A DNA stretch of 64,000 nucleotides from Lepidodermella squamata (taxonomy: Eukaryota; Animalia; Gastrotricha), in contig JBLDXI010000001.1 in NCBI GenBank assembly GCA_047495785.1, forward strand, positions 3,658,001 to 3,722,000, written 5' to 3'. This document shows positions 46,002 through 59,131 of the stretch, one piece after another (the stretch's first letter is position 1; every line of letters begins with the position of its first letter). The notes under the pieces were generated by a model. That model ran no database searches. It was not told where the DNA came from and saw nothing but the letters and a program-made list of their open reading frames with translations. Position numbers and translations under genes: made by a program.

Positions 46002-46424
46002 TAGGTAATCTGATAATAATGAAGAAAACAAAAATTTCAATAAAAGCAAATTAATGAACTAAAAGTGTCTAAAATCCCATATCATTTAGTTAGATCCTAA
46101 ATAGGGCCAGAAAATTAAAATGTTTCGCCGCTAAGACCTAGCCAACGAGCGTATCTCAATTGATGTTGCTATTCCTTGTTACATTAGGCGTGCTTAAGAG
46201 ATAGAAAACGTGGTCATTGGTCATTAAAACGAAACTATATAATAGTTACATGAATTGTTATAATTCTTATACTGGCACGTTAAGTAATGAAAGCATGAAT
46301 AAACATTAAACATGAAAGCAATTTTGTGATTAGAATCACAGACTTCGAAAAAATTAATATAAAAATTAAACAGGAATTTTGGAGTTTTTGAAATGTTCAT
46401 CAAAATTAAATCACTCCAAATTTT

Positions 46425-47738
46425 TCAATTACAAAGCATCCTGAGAATGATTTTGTTCCAATTGAATGATAGGAATGATAACTTACTTTCCCAGTGTGTT
46501 TTGGCCTTCTTAACCTCGACCTTGCACAGCCGGTCGAGCTCCTTGTACTTGTTCTTGAAGAAATCAGTACCCCGCTTTTTCATCTTGTTATACACTCGCT
46601 GCTTTTGCTTGAGCAAATTCGAAGTTTCTTCAGTCATCCACAGCTTCGAAATACCCTGAAGTAACCGTTTCGCTTCCTTCGGCGCAACAATCAGGTTACC
46701 ATCAGATGTAAAAATCGTCGGCGTGTTGACTTCAGCTTGCGCGGCTTTGGCACCGGATGCCATATCAGGCAGCTTTTTCTCACCAGAAGCGTAGGCTCTC
46801 AACCTCCGATGCCGGTCAGATTCGGCCCAGAAACGGCGACGAAGAGAGCAAAGCTCAGAATTAGCAACTTTCCGCTCGGCGAGCAACCAGGTCACCAACT
46901 GTTTCGCCTCGGTTATCGACAGTTTTGATAGATTATCTTCAGTAAGACGAGGGATGTCCTTCACATGGTCCCAGGTACCGGGTTTGTAGTACAGATAGTC
47001 TTTTTTCTCCTCACTTTCCCACAAATCGCAATACGCTTTGGTTCTAACATTTCGCACGCTGATTTGGAAAAACGGGTGATTAGGCGGCGCGTTGCTTGCG
47101 TCGAACTGCTCTTTCCACATCGCTCGATAGTCGACATCACGTTCTGAGAAACATTTCAAAGGCTTTGTCGGCTTTTTTACCTCTTTCAATTGTGGCAGTT
47201 CATTTTCGTCTTGCTTCCGCTGCTTTTCAGGGACAACTGGTTTCTCTTCGGATTTCACCTGAGGTCCAGGTCGCTTGCCGCCTTTCAGACCAGACATTAT
47301 TTCAGCCCGGACTTCGCGTTCTGCTTTACGTTTTCGCTTAGTTTCATCATCGTCGCTTTCCGACTCGCTGCTCGACTCCATTTCGCCGGATTCACTGCCA
47401 CTAGAAACAGCGCCTTCTTCTTCAGAGTCGTCAACTTCCATTTTTTGAGGTGGCTTCAAAACCGGTTTCACTTCGACAGGCTTTTTGAGCGCTGGTTTTT
47501 CAGCTACTGTGATGGCTTTTGGTTCCGTGTTAACTACTACGGTCTTCGGTGCAGTTACGACGACCTTCTCTTCTTCCGATTCAACGCTTTCGGCATCACT
47601 GATTTCGCCTTCTTCTTCGCCATCTTGGCCGGGCACTCCAGCGATTTTCTGCTCGAAGAATTGAAGCTCGAAATGTCGATGAGGGTTGAGCACAGGGCTG
47701 CCTAAAACGATGGTGGGCAAGCCCCAGAAAGACGACAT
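46425..47738 (-). CDS. Hypothetical acidic/lysine-rich protein with LINE-ORF2-linker-like C-terminus
   Basis: 437-aa ORF; a possible 46-nt intron at 46441-46486 would move the stop to 46406. Confidence 0.75.
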   Translation of the reverse strand: MSSFWGLPTIVLGSPVLNPHRHFELQFFEQKIAGVPGQDGEEEGEISDAESVESEEEKVVVTAPKTVVVNTEPKAITVAEKPALKKPVEVKPVLKPPQKMEVDDSEEEGAVSSGSESGEMESSSESESDDDETKRKRKAEREVRAEIMSGLKGGKRPGPQVKSEEKPVVPEKQRKQDENELPQLKEVKKPTKPLKCFSERDVDYRAMWKEQFDASNAPPNHPFFQISVRNVRTKAYCDLWESEEKKDYLYYKPGTWDHVKDIPRLTEDNLSKLSITEAKQLVTWLLAERKVANSELCSLRRRFWAESDRHRRLRAYASGEKKLPDMASGAKAAQAEVNTPTIFTSDGNLIVAPKEAKRLLQGISKLWMTEETSNLLKQKQRVYNKMKKRGTDFFKNKYKELDRLCKVEVKKAKTHWESKLSFLSFNWNKIILRMLCN

Positions 47739-47869
47739 TATCGTAAAATTCTAGGTGGAAAAATTGAAGTTTATATCATCAATATATTAAGAGTATTATT
47801 TTGTTCAAACAGTGTATCAAAACAGTATGTATAAAACAGGCAAAACAAGAAGCGGCGATTGTCCTTTCA

Positions 47870-49465
47870 TCATGGAATCGGCTTGATAATAACCACCATC
47901 GTTTGCGACTGCTCTGGGTTCGCTACATTGATCGACATAGAGACTAGCCGACCACGTGTACACGTCATGAATGAGCGGGGTTGCTGAATACTAAGACCGT
48001 GGTCCGTTACCGGCGGAAGTGGCGCACTCTCCTCGGTAACAACAGCCATGCGATCGGCAGATTGAAGAGGCGGAAGTCGTTCAACTTGAATTACACAATC
48101 GGCCTTGTCGTGAATCATAATTGTAGCCTGCATTCGCGCCTCGCCATCGAAGACCAGTGCTGAGTCGTGGCACATGAAGGTCACCTGCCAAACATTCGTA
48201 TGTTTCGAGTATCGGATCTTCCAATCCGCATCTTTTCGCTCTTGAGGCACAGCTCCGGCGTACATTTTAACGTCAACTTGGATACCGAACCTTAGCGTGT
48301 TGTGCATTTGAACCATATCGACCACTAGCGTCAGGTAATCACGAGGATAGTAGAAAGGCGACGCGGCAAACTCCCCTTGAATACCTAATTCGGCCGACTT
48401 GGGATACAGCTCGCGAAATCGGTACGCAGCCGATAGCAGACGGTGCATTACTTCACGCGAAGCTTCGTTGTTATACAAATCAGATCGTTCACAGCGATAC
48501 AAGTCGGTGACAAGCATTTGAGGAAAGCGAACCAAAGGCAACAAAAAGATGGCGTTCTCGGCTAGCCTATTCAAGCGGCAAGGATCGAGTAGCCAGCGCG
48601 AAACAGATTGAAATATTGAGAATTCATCCCGAATTATGACCTCATCACTCGATAAAATGTCTCGCACCAATTCGATTTCAAATGTCAACCACTCATCATC
48701 TGGATCGTGGCGCATCAGCTGCTCGGCGTGCCACGACATTGTCTGACGGCATTGACTCAAAAGCTGATCGATGTTTAGCAACTTAGCCCATGGATACCAA
48801 TTGACCGCATTTTTCAGCTTAGGACTTTTCGAGTTGTTAACCATAAAATTGACGCAGAGCTGCCGCAAAGAGATCACGTTGTATTTATCAGCAAGGCGTA
48901 AGATGCCAACAACAGTGTCAACAGATAATTCTATCTCGGCAGTGTATAGGAACTGTAGAAATTTACAGAAGACTGACTCGCAATCGGGGGATTCTTGAAG
49001 GCGAAGGCGTTGAATAGGCGAATTGTTCGAATCCGCGACGAGATTTGAAGCCCAGATTGAACCATAAAGCATTGTGCGAAAGACATCACTTGATTTGGCG
49101 AGGACAAACTTGTGTGAGAAAAAGTCCTGCTCTCCAACATTTATTACAACATCGCTCAGCTCGGGATGGTTGAAAAAGGCAGCAACGTCGCGAACAAACG
49201 AGTCTTTGTCGGCAACCACCGATACTGGAGTATTATCACCGCGAGAATGCTGACTAGAAATTCTTGAAGATATCACGCCATCATCTGAAGACTGTGAAAG
49301 CATGTTGCGACTTCTGGTCGTAGGTGGGCGTTGATGGTAGGCGTGGTCGCCCATGACCATAAGATCGACAGGCGGTACATGATCAGAGACGGATGGGGCA
49401 AATACGGAAGGAGAATCGTCAATTCTGTTATCACCGTCAGCCATAACAGGACGAGCATCTGACAT
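47870..49465 (-). CDS. BTB/POZ-BACK domain protein (BTBD17-like), single coding exon
   Basis: LSDVVINVG..FFSHKFVLAKSSDVFRTML, FLQFLYT, LADKYNV; BACK ILSSDEVIIRDEFSIFQSVSRW...LLPLVRFPQM. Confidence 0.85.
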   Translation of the reverse strand: MSDARPVMADGDNRIDDSPSVFAPSVSDHVPPVDLMVMGDHAYHQRPPTTRSRNMLSQSSDDGVISSRISSQHSRGDNTPVSVVADKDSFVRDVAAFFNHPELSDVVINVGEQDFFSHKFVLAKSSDVFRTMLYGSIWASNLVADSNNSPIQRLRLQESPDCESVFCKFLQFLYTAEIELSVDTVVGILRLADKYNVISLRQLCVNFMVNNSKSPKLKNAVNWYPWAKLLNIDQLLSQCRQTMSWHAEQLMRHDPDDEWLTFEIELVRDILSSDEVIIRDEFSIFQSVSRWLLDPCRLNRLAENAIFLLPLVRFPQMLVTDLYRCERSDLYNNEASREVMHRLLSAAYRFRELYPKSAELGIQGEFAASPFYYPRDYLTLVVDMVQMHNTLRFGIQVDVKMYAGAVPQERKDADWKIRYSKHTNVWQVTFMCHDSALVFDGEARMQATIMIHDKADCVIQVERLPPLQSADRMAVVTEESAPLPPVTDHGLSIQQPRSFMTCTRGRLVSMSINVANPEQSQTMVVIIKPIP

Positions 49466-49925
49466 TGGCAATTATTTCTCAAATAGACTCATTGCAATTA
49501 ACATGCTCGCCTCTAAAAAACGACCAAAATTTCACTATACTACACCATTAAATCAGAGATAGATTAGGAGATCAGAGGGCAGAAGACTGAGGTAGGCCCA
49601 AAGCCTGAGGCGTGGCCAATTTCTTTTCAAATCCAGATGTTTCCGCCATCCTTACGTTTTGTCCCAAACTTTATCGCGATGTGGATTGCAAAAAATACTT
49701 GGCCTTGACTTACAATCGAAAAGTGACCCAATTGGCACGAATCTATTGACGAAGTGCCTGTTTTGAGTCAGAACACATCCAGTTATAATGACCTTTATCC
49801 CATCATATACTTAGATTGGAGAATTAGAAATATCTGATACCTTACACACCCGAACGCAAGAAGCAGTCACTTTGCATCAAGTAGGTAATTGTGAGAAACA
49901 ACAGCGTGCTTACGGAACCTTACAG

Positions 49926-52900
49926 GGAACCATAATAGAAGCACTAAGAGCTCTTAAGCTACGCATTAGACCCGGAAAGAGGAAAGATGAAAATCGCTTG
50001 TCATTTGAGCTGTCAGCTAAAGTGAGCTCGATGATGGAGCGTCGGAACTCATGGTCCGATTTCTGAAAATCTCCAGTTTTTAGTTTGTCACATTTTGAAA
50101 TTTTCAAATTGTGATAAATTTAGAAACAGCATTTTCATTGTGTTTACGTAATATAAATTTTGCTTATTTTAGCGTCCTTGGATTTTTCATTCGCAGGTGT
50201 GCTGTATGTCAGGTGATACTGTGTTTGTTCTGGAGCAGCTGATAGATTTGCTATCTATTTATCCCAGTAAATACGGAACATCAAAGTATACCCTGTGCAC
50301 GTGCGCTAGTGCAAACGATGTTATCTTATCATATTTACTTAATTGCTCTAGATTCTGATTTCTTAGACTCACTCATTTACATTTCTGCCTTGCTTGCATC
50401 GTCGTTACGCGGGATCTCACCTAGTAGTTGTTTCAGAAATGCTGACCTCTCTTAGCTCTCAACTCGAGAAACTTACTCTCTTCAAACCTGCTGTGGAGAA
50501 AGGTATGTTTTCGCCTGTTATTTACCAGCGTGATCGAAGTCAGCGATTTATTTATAGTAAATGTGGTAAAAACCGAGCGTCCTGTCACACCGATATACGT
50601 AAGGTTTATATGATTTGAAGCCATTTATTTTATGCGTGCTAAACTTGTAGGATGAGGTTGAAGATCCAGCTGCTTCTTTGGATGAGCTCCATAGACTGCT
50701 CAAACGAAGGCTGTTAGTAGCGCGAACGTGGGCACTTCCGTTTTTGGGCATTGCGGAACAGGAGGAAATGGCTTCTATCTTATTTTCTGAAGTCACAAAA
50801 GTATGGCCCGATTTACACACTTGCGGTAACTTGGCGTTATTGGTACGTTGGTTTTGAATTTTCGCCTCAAAGTTAGTAAACTTGATACTCGTATTGAACG
50901 TGCCAGAACGATACGCAGAACAAAATAATGCTTCGAAGGATGACGATTTACGTGGTCACAACTTGCGAAATATTATTCGACCGGCATATCGAAATATTTC
51001 AAAGTAACAATAGATTAAATTAATTTGAACACTTGCTTAAATATATTATAATGTAGAAATGCTCAAAAGTGGTGTCTTCGAGAAACCAGCCAATTTTGTC
51101 AGAATCAAGAGAATGCTTGCTGATGAAGCAGTTCGACTGTAACGCTTTTATGATCACTCGAATTTTACCTTAATCTTTTAATCTATAGCCTGGACATCGC
51201 TATCGTTCGTCGTTACATCGGTGATGATATTCGAGCCATTGACAGTGGACAAATCGAAGCAATCGTATCAAATGAAGCAAAAAATGCTGAATTGTCATAC
51301 GGTCACTTGGTATGCTCAAGACATTATCAGCAGCTTAACCCTGAATAATATATTTTTCAGGTATCCATTAGTAGACCACCGCTTGATGTCAAGTTTAAAT
51401 GGACGTTGGAAGCTGACATCCTCGATGTGAGCGATTATTTTTTTCGTGAAATGATTTATAAAACTAAGGTACATTTCAGTTGAAATCAAAGTTGCCTGAT
51501 ATGGATTTAGCAACATTGCGATCGGTTCTTAGTACTTTGCCTCCCCTTCCTCCCATCATGATTGCCGATGAGAATGCAGAAGGAAATTCATCTCAAGCAG
51601 AGCCGCAAGTTATATCGTCGAGAAAACTTGAGCGGAAATCAACGGAGGAACTTCTGGTTGCAACGTCCAGAAATCATGCTGAGAGAGTGGTGAATACTAC
51701 AGGGGTTAAGCGAACATTCAGCGCGAAAGATCCACTAAAATACTACGAACCAGAGTTTTCGAATGAAAAAGCCGGCGACACGTTTATTACTCAGCCTGTT
51801 GAAATTAGCGAAGAGCAAAAGAAAGCAATCATAAAATCCAACAATAAAGTTAAAATTCCCGAAGATCCGGACACAGTTATTCAGCCTCTTCTGAAGGTTT
51901 GACTGCGTCATAAAGAAACGTGGAATATACTTATTGTAAGTTTAGGCATCGCTGTACTTGGAAGGTGTTGCGAGGAGAACTATGGAAAAAGAAGTGAGAA
52001 TTGCTGAGCTGCAAAAAATTATCGCTGAACTTGAGCAGAAACGACAAGTGTAAGTACCTTTGAAAAATAGTTTCAGTCGGATCAAAATTGAGCTTTCTAG
52101 TGAGGTCCGCCGATCGCCCTATCTTCAGCCTGATTTCTTCGATGTGCAGATATCTAAGGAGGTTGGACTCATCTAAGCTAGTTCTTGCGAATTGCTTATG
52201 ATCGCCTGATTTTAGATTGTCATGCGAGCATCAGGGGCGAGGGTGACTGAACGCCAACTCGAAGCTGCCATGTCTCTTCAAGCGTTTTTGCCGTATTTCG
52301 ACGAGTTGAACTATGACGTAATTATTTGATCTCAAGTTATTATTTTCTGACAAAGATCGAAAACAGGTAACGGAAGCAGACATATCGGAAATGGATGAAA
52401 GTTTATTTGTCCATCGCGAGTTGGCCGATGTCTACAAAGAAATCGTAGCTGTGATACCTAAAGATTACCTCGAAGTATCATCCGATAAAACTGTCCAGCC
52501 AACTGCAAGTGGGCAATTTGACATAACGCGGTGTATTGCTTCGACTCGATTGCAGCGGGCGGCTGGAGGAGGATCGGCTACTATCAGTCGATTGCCGCCT
52601 AGTAGTTTTCTTAAATTGGCCGTTGAGGAAGCTCCGTGGCACAAGGAAGGGTTCAAAACTTGGGTCAAAAAGTGAGAAACTGGAAATAATAATATAAAAT
52701 CAAGTCATTGGTAATTTTATAGCGGACCCTCGAAAGCGCTAAGCACAACCAACCGAGTTCGGGTAAGGATTTTACGTTTTATTCTTAAAATTTGTAAAAT
52801 TATTCGGCGAAAATTGTGAACGGTTGAAGTATGATCCTGTAACGAAATTGGTCAGCTATGATTCCGATAGATTCCCTAAACCTTCCCATTTATTCCGTTT

Positions 52901-55380
52901 ACAACCCTAGAACCGAAAATTTGTTCAACCTCGATTAGGATCCCGAGAATCCGTGCTTTTCCGAGTATTTTTGATTGCTTTTTGATTACAGTTGACGGCT
53001 CATGTCCCGCCTGGAAGTGCCGGAATTGCTCGAGTTTTGAGCGAGAATCTTCCCGATTTTATGGATCCAAAATGTGAGAATTTCGGATTATTACGCTGAT
53101 GAGATTTTTCAAATTTCAAATTTTTCAGTATTCATGTCTTGGCACTCGTGGTGGCGTCAGTTTTTTTCAGTCGAAGACTTTTACAAGTACATCAATCGGC
53201 AAGACACCGATTTTCTATGCTTCATCTACCACTTGTGGGGCGAGGAGGGAGGTCGATTTGACAGTGCTATTGGCTTGAGTAGCGGATCTGCGACCCCGAT
53301 TTCCGCCCATTCGCCAGTTCGGGGCCACAAAAACCACTCAACTCTTTCAAGCAACCACCCGTCCGCCACAGCCACCCCGGCGCCACAATCCGGCCCGCCT
53401 CAATCGATGTGGGCAATTGACGTTACGGTTCGCGATCCGTTGGAGACTGAGGCCGAAATTCAAGATAGGGCGACTAGAGCGGCCCAGGCGGCGAAGGAGG
53501 GCTCGCGAATTTTCACCGTCACTGGCATGACGCATTCAATGTCGCTGGGTGATATGGCAGCTCAGCGTATTGAAAATCGTAAAAAAGAGGAATTGTAAGT
53601 TACTGTCATTTTATTAGCCCGACTTGATACTAATTACAGTGAAATGTAACCCATAACCCACATTTGATTTACTTTTGAATTCCTAACTGTTTTAAGCTTT
53701 CGTAAACTAATTCAAGGATCAATATCAAGGAAAAGATCGCTCAATAAGTATATAAAAATGCTACTAATACCCATTTAGGCCAATTTGTAGCTTCAGCTAT
53801 CACCTATTTTTCGAAAATTCCTGTAGGGTGACTACAATCCTAGGGTGTCGAGAAGGCAAAGGAAATCGTAAAAACTCGATGAAAGCGAATAAAAAACCGT
53901 TGTCCCATAGGCTTGGAGGCTTGGAAATGACCCAGCACCGTTTAGTGCTCAAAATCGATATAGCAAAAAGTGGAATATGTCACTAAGGTAAATAATGGCC
54001 TTGGATCTTATCAGGTTGATGAAATTGTTCTGCGAGAGCGACTTCCTAACTATCACCGTTCTTGACGTAATAGCTCAGGTGTGGCAATGGGTGAGGTCAC
54101 GTGACAAATCTCCGTAACCTTCGATGATAAAAAAATATAGGGTTTTCACAGTTCGAATCCACGAATTTCTATCAAAATATGACACATAAATTTGGGAATT
54201 ATAACGAAATGTTCTTGGGATTTTGTCCGTTCTTTTCACGCATATTCGAAGATAAGTCGCTAAATTGAGGATCCGAACTCGGTTCCGGTTCCAAAAAAGT
54301 GTTTTAATTGTCTCGCTCCGAACCCTTCTTTCAAAGTGAAAAACTGCCGATTCGTTTGAATCGTCGAAAAAATATGAAAAATGTCAATCTTTAGAGGTCA
54401 ACCAGTGTTATTCGGATCTTTTTTCCCTGGCTCGAAAAGGTAATAGTTCCATCTTCAAAACAGGCCTCGTATTTTAGAACGAGCCTGAAGCTTTGGAAGG
54501 ATAGTCTGCTTTGCCAAATTGAAATGCCTAACTAACTACTTATCAAATTAGTTTGATCGTAGGCTTGGATCAACTTGAAAATTTCATGCGGAATATTTTT
54601 CAATTTCTTCGCTTGTCATTTTTTGTCATGGCATATTCGGTTATTTTTTAATCTAGATTGTAGCATCGATATTATCGTAGTAAATTTATTACTATTGCCT
54701 GCTTATTTTTCAGAGCTCGACGTAAATTATCGCCCGACGAAGTTCTGGACAAAGAACTGGCTGCTATGACAATCCCGCAACGCTTCGAACGAGTTTGGGA
54801 CTTGCTACGGGTTGACGAAGACTACCGAGCTAGAATGGCCTTTAAATACGCAAGTGCCGATACAGCTCGGTTGCTTTTCCTCGCAAAACTCTGGGAAAGC
54901 GCGACCCATGTCATTTTGAAACGCGAATACGTCCTCGGCCAGTTCGAGCAGTTCGAGCGCATCGCCTCGGACCCGAACCGATTCTTCGAAAAAGGCTACC
55001 TCGGCTCGACCCAGGCGAGGCTGGACGAAGAAATCGTGCGTGCCTCGTTGTCAAAACAGCTCGATGAACTTGAAGCTAAGGTGAAAAACGAAATAAATCG
55101 ACTTTCAAACGGCACAGGCGGCGAGGTTGTGTACTACCGCGGGCGGCCGTATTTGGAGAAAATGCAGGGTGACCGCGTGCAGGTGTTATTCTGGCTGGCG
55201 GAGGAGCGGAAAGCCGAGGCTATTCGGCGCCATTTGGCTGATAAACGCCTCACCGAGGCGCTATTCAACTCGCCGCTCATCGGCGCGCCATCGCTGTCGC
55301 CTCGCTCGTATAAGAAACGGGTGCAGAGCACGGCGTCACAGGTTCTACCGCTGACAATTGATGACGTTTTATCGTATTAA
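49926..55380 (+). CDS. CCDC87: CCDC87-like protein, many short exons, 5' boundary approximate
   Basis: WHSWWRQFFSVEDFYKYINRQDTDFLCFIYHL and PQRFERVWDLL...RARMAFKY...RE.VL..FE.FERIASDPNRFFEKG...YRGRPYLEKM match recalled CCDC87 blocks; series of about 45-60 nt introns. Confidence 0.65.
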
Positions 55381-56971
55381 CTCATCAAAAATAAATTTTT
55401 CATCAAATTATCATGTGCCCTTAAACTATTTGCCAAAATATTTTTTTCATGAGATTATTTAATTTTTATTTAATTTTCGCAAAATGAAAGGAATAAATGA
55501 AAAATGAGTGAAAGCGCCCCTTTTATCAACTGAGCCATCGGTGTATATTATTAGGTACCCAGAAACTTGTTTTTCAGTAATAGGTGCACCCAGGTGCAAA
55601 AAAACCAACCGGGTGAAGAGGTCTGTCACATGACCGCATTATTTATTTGATAGTAAATAAAGTTCGGAACGGTGACACCGGATGAATAGAAGACCTAAAG
55701 CTCATTTAGAGCTCTTTCAGCTCTATGCATTAGGAGCTGTGCATCGAAGAAATAACAAAAATTAAAGGGTCTCAAAATTTGAACTACATAAATAAAGGTT
55801 CCAACTCTAATTTGAGTCCTTGCACTCAATTTTCCGGTTCTTTGTGGTCGGCGATATAGTGATGTATTCTATTACTTCGGGATTCCGGGAACCTACCATC
55901 TAGGCTACAAGACAGCGGATATCGGGAAAATGTAAAATCACTGATTTTTTAAAATCGATAGCTACTTGGAATCGATATTTGGATATCGACCGTACAGTTG
56001 ATTGCTGATGAGATAAAAAAGACCTGAAGCTGGAGAAATTATATCTCGGGGAAAATTTATTGCTGGAACCCTAAATTTAGGGAGCTAACTTTTGGCGAAC
56101 AGCCAAAACTAAGGTCTTTGCGATGAATTTTAGTAAACGAGAGCAATTTAGTGACGGGATTCAAAACTCGTGATTTATGCGAATCTGAGAAACGTTTAAT
56201 CCAGAATTGAACACTTTCTTTGGAAAGTCGAAGTGTTAGGAAATTGTGAGAAGAATACATATATTCTGGAGGCTGGCAATTTGAAACCAATGACCTACTT
56301 CTGAATCTTTCATTTTTTACAGGTTGCATTTCTTAACCGACCTAGGTAATTTCTTTGAAGGTGACCAATTTCTGACCAGCAAATTGACCGCATTTTTGTA
56401 TTGATTTCATTACAAAAACGCTGACAAGTCCATGTATGAAAGGACTTTTCGTACCTCTCCACCGCAGGTTCCAAAAAAAAACGAGATATAGACCGTCTTA
56501 ATTTCAGGTGGCTATTATCTACGCTAGAATGGTCTTGTGACTGAAAAGGCGTGGATCGTCGATGTATTATGTTTATTAATGGTAATTACGGGCAGAGATT
56601 TATGTCGTTAAGTCGTATCAGTGATCGTCTTTTTTGCGCGCTTCGATGCGATACGCTGGCCAATGTAAACGAGCTCAATAGGTTGCCAGGGCTGTGATGT
56701 TTACGAAGTTTTCGCATAAAAAGTGACAAATCAAAGCGCACTCGAGAGAAAACGGCAGCCTTTCAAGTCTTCAATAGGCGTGTGGTGACAGCTTGCTGCT
56801 GGCAGTGAAACAAAGCATAACGGCGCGCAAGATGGCCCTCGAGATATCCTATCACTGAGTTGAATTTATACACACCTCTTTTTTCGACGGAAATTACGCG
56901 CAGGAGTGAACAACTTCCGCCTCGCAACTTACGCTGCTGGCCACAACCACAACAGAGCCTAACAAAGAAAC

Positions 56972-58644
56972 ATGCCTACAACATCGCAACAGGGCCTCAA
57001 GCGGTCCAAAACGATGGTGGATGTTGAAAAGTCGCGAAAAACAGCGCATCGCGAGGCCATCGCTCGAGCGAATGTAAACCTCATAAAGAAATCTATCGAT
57101 AGAAGCGCTGGATTTCGGGCGAATCAGATCTTGCAAGAGCAGAAGATCATTTACAGGCGATTCCAGTCTAAACTGATGGTTACCCAACTGAACCATGCTC
57201 GTCTGCACGGCGATAAGGAAAAACTGCGAGAAGTCAAACACAAGTAAGTGAAACATGGCTGTCCCAACTTATTTAACCTTCTGTTTCAGGTTGAAAAGCT
57301 TGAGGCTGCTTGATGACGATGATGAGTTTGACTTTTTTCGACATTTGACCGCTGACACTGCAAGGGAACGCTCGAGGCAGCTCGGTATAGATCGAAGTGC
57401 ATCTGCTGCGGACGACAGTCCTAATGAACAGAATGACAATGACGACTCTGGGGGAGATACTGACGATGATGAGATGCATGATTACTTCGATGATACACCT
57501 CGCGTGCGAAGCAGTCATTCTGTCATCGTCATAGGCAGCACACCATCTCCTACTGTTTCATTGCCGAGAGGTTCTACAGCACGTTTAGCGTCTCAATCAG
57601 CAAAAGGAAGAAGTAACTTCATGCCATTTTACGATTTGTTAATTGAGCTTCTTGCCTACTAGATCAAACTGCTGAGACAGAGGTGTCCCCTGCAGATCCA
57701 CATTCGAAGATGCTACGGAGCGTGACTTTTCACCAAACTGAAGAGGAATCGGCCTCAAGTGGCAAAAATCACAAGAGCGATAAAGGGGAAGTCAACAGGG
57801 CTAAATCCTGCGGACCTCAGCTGGTAAAACGAGTTTTTATTTGACTTCATTACCAAACTAACTAATGTTGTTGCAGAACTCCGATGGACGCGCTTCTGCT
57901 CAACCTCCAAGCCATCCTCCCCCAGACTACAGCTCTATTGAAAAGCCTTCTCTGCCCATTCGTCCAATGACAGCGGCTAATTCAGTCAGAAGCCGGAAGA
58001 GTCCGTCAAATTTTAAGGAGAAGGCTGACCCGATTGGCGCAGTTGCTGCAGCCAATACGAATGAGGAGGGATTGGATGAGGAAGATATGATTTCCCCGAA
58101 ATCTGCCATGGAGCGGTCCAGCCCTTCGCCGAAACCTAGCACGGCTCGCTCTAACACCGCCTCCAACATTTTCATGAAGAAAACTGGTCCAACGAAGCTG
58201 GAGAAGTGGAACGAATGGATGCAGAGGCGCAACTACCGAGGGGTGGTTAGGAATTTTTGTGAGTCTCTGTATTACGTGCCCGAGCCAGAACCTGTGCCAG
58301 TCATGCCAACGCCTGAACCTTCGAAAGCTGACACACCTCCTAAAGATCGACCCCGTGGCAGACGAACCAGTTTCGCGCCTAATCAGGAGCCACATGCTGA
58401 GCAGAAGCCCGAAGAGCCGAAGTCGCTTACACCAGTCGCTCCGCCCAGCGTGACGCCGAAACCGATTAGAGTGGTACCAGCTTTCCACGCTTTCGACTAC
58501 AACGACGTTTTCTTGCAAGACATGAGGGCGAAGCGGAAGACTAAACCGCTCGAAATCGTGCCCGATCCAGACGAACTCCGCCGAACGGCTGGAAACCCTA
58601 GTGTTCGAAATCTCACGATGAACCGCATTTCCTTTCACGTTTAA
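56972..58644 (+). CDS. Hypothetical protein, four exons (about 56972-57243, 57290-57612, 57663-57823, 57877-58644)
   Basis: ORFs separated by about 50-nt GT-AG introns; S/P-rich; no domain recognised. Confidence 0.65.
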
Positions 58645-59131
58645 CAAAGAGACACTGGATAGCATCAAATTCTGGAAAATACTTCCGTGAAACTTTCATA
58701 TGATGACTTCTTGCACTTGATTGAAGAAACTGGCTTTCTTTACAAATTTTGTTCGCCCAGATGGAAGCTTGGTGCTAGTAGTAGAAGAAGTTCGTCCGAT
58801 CGGAAATTTTGTATTCTTCCTTCCCAGTATATTGAGTTTATTTTGTAAAATTTCCCGGTGATTTGTACATACAACTTGGCACTTGTAAAGCTGTTCCCAT
58901 GTTTATATCATTTTGCTTAAAAATTCAAATATCTGTTAAATCAAGCGTTTCCGATTATTATATCGTAGAGTCAAAATAGACACGAAATAAAGCGACTGCT
59001 ATTGTGATTTGAACCAGTAGGTTTCTTTAGCATTTTCAGGTCAGATTTTCCTTTACTAAGCTATTAGGCTTCGTCTCAAAACAAATTATTGAAGAAATCA
59101 ATTTTATTTTCTCTGAATTATAAGACTGAAA

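Noticed and set aside
51119-51150. ctgatga followed by a small stem
   Set aside because: No GAAA after the stem, and it lies in a probable coding exon
54065-54162. tRNA-like A and B boxes (also gttcgattcc near 8973 and near 28365)
   Set aside because: No cloverleaf or acceptor stem
58006-58668. 220-aa minus-strand ORF and similar antisense ORFs over real exons
   Set aside because: Antisense shadows of GC-rich coding sequence
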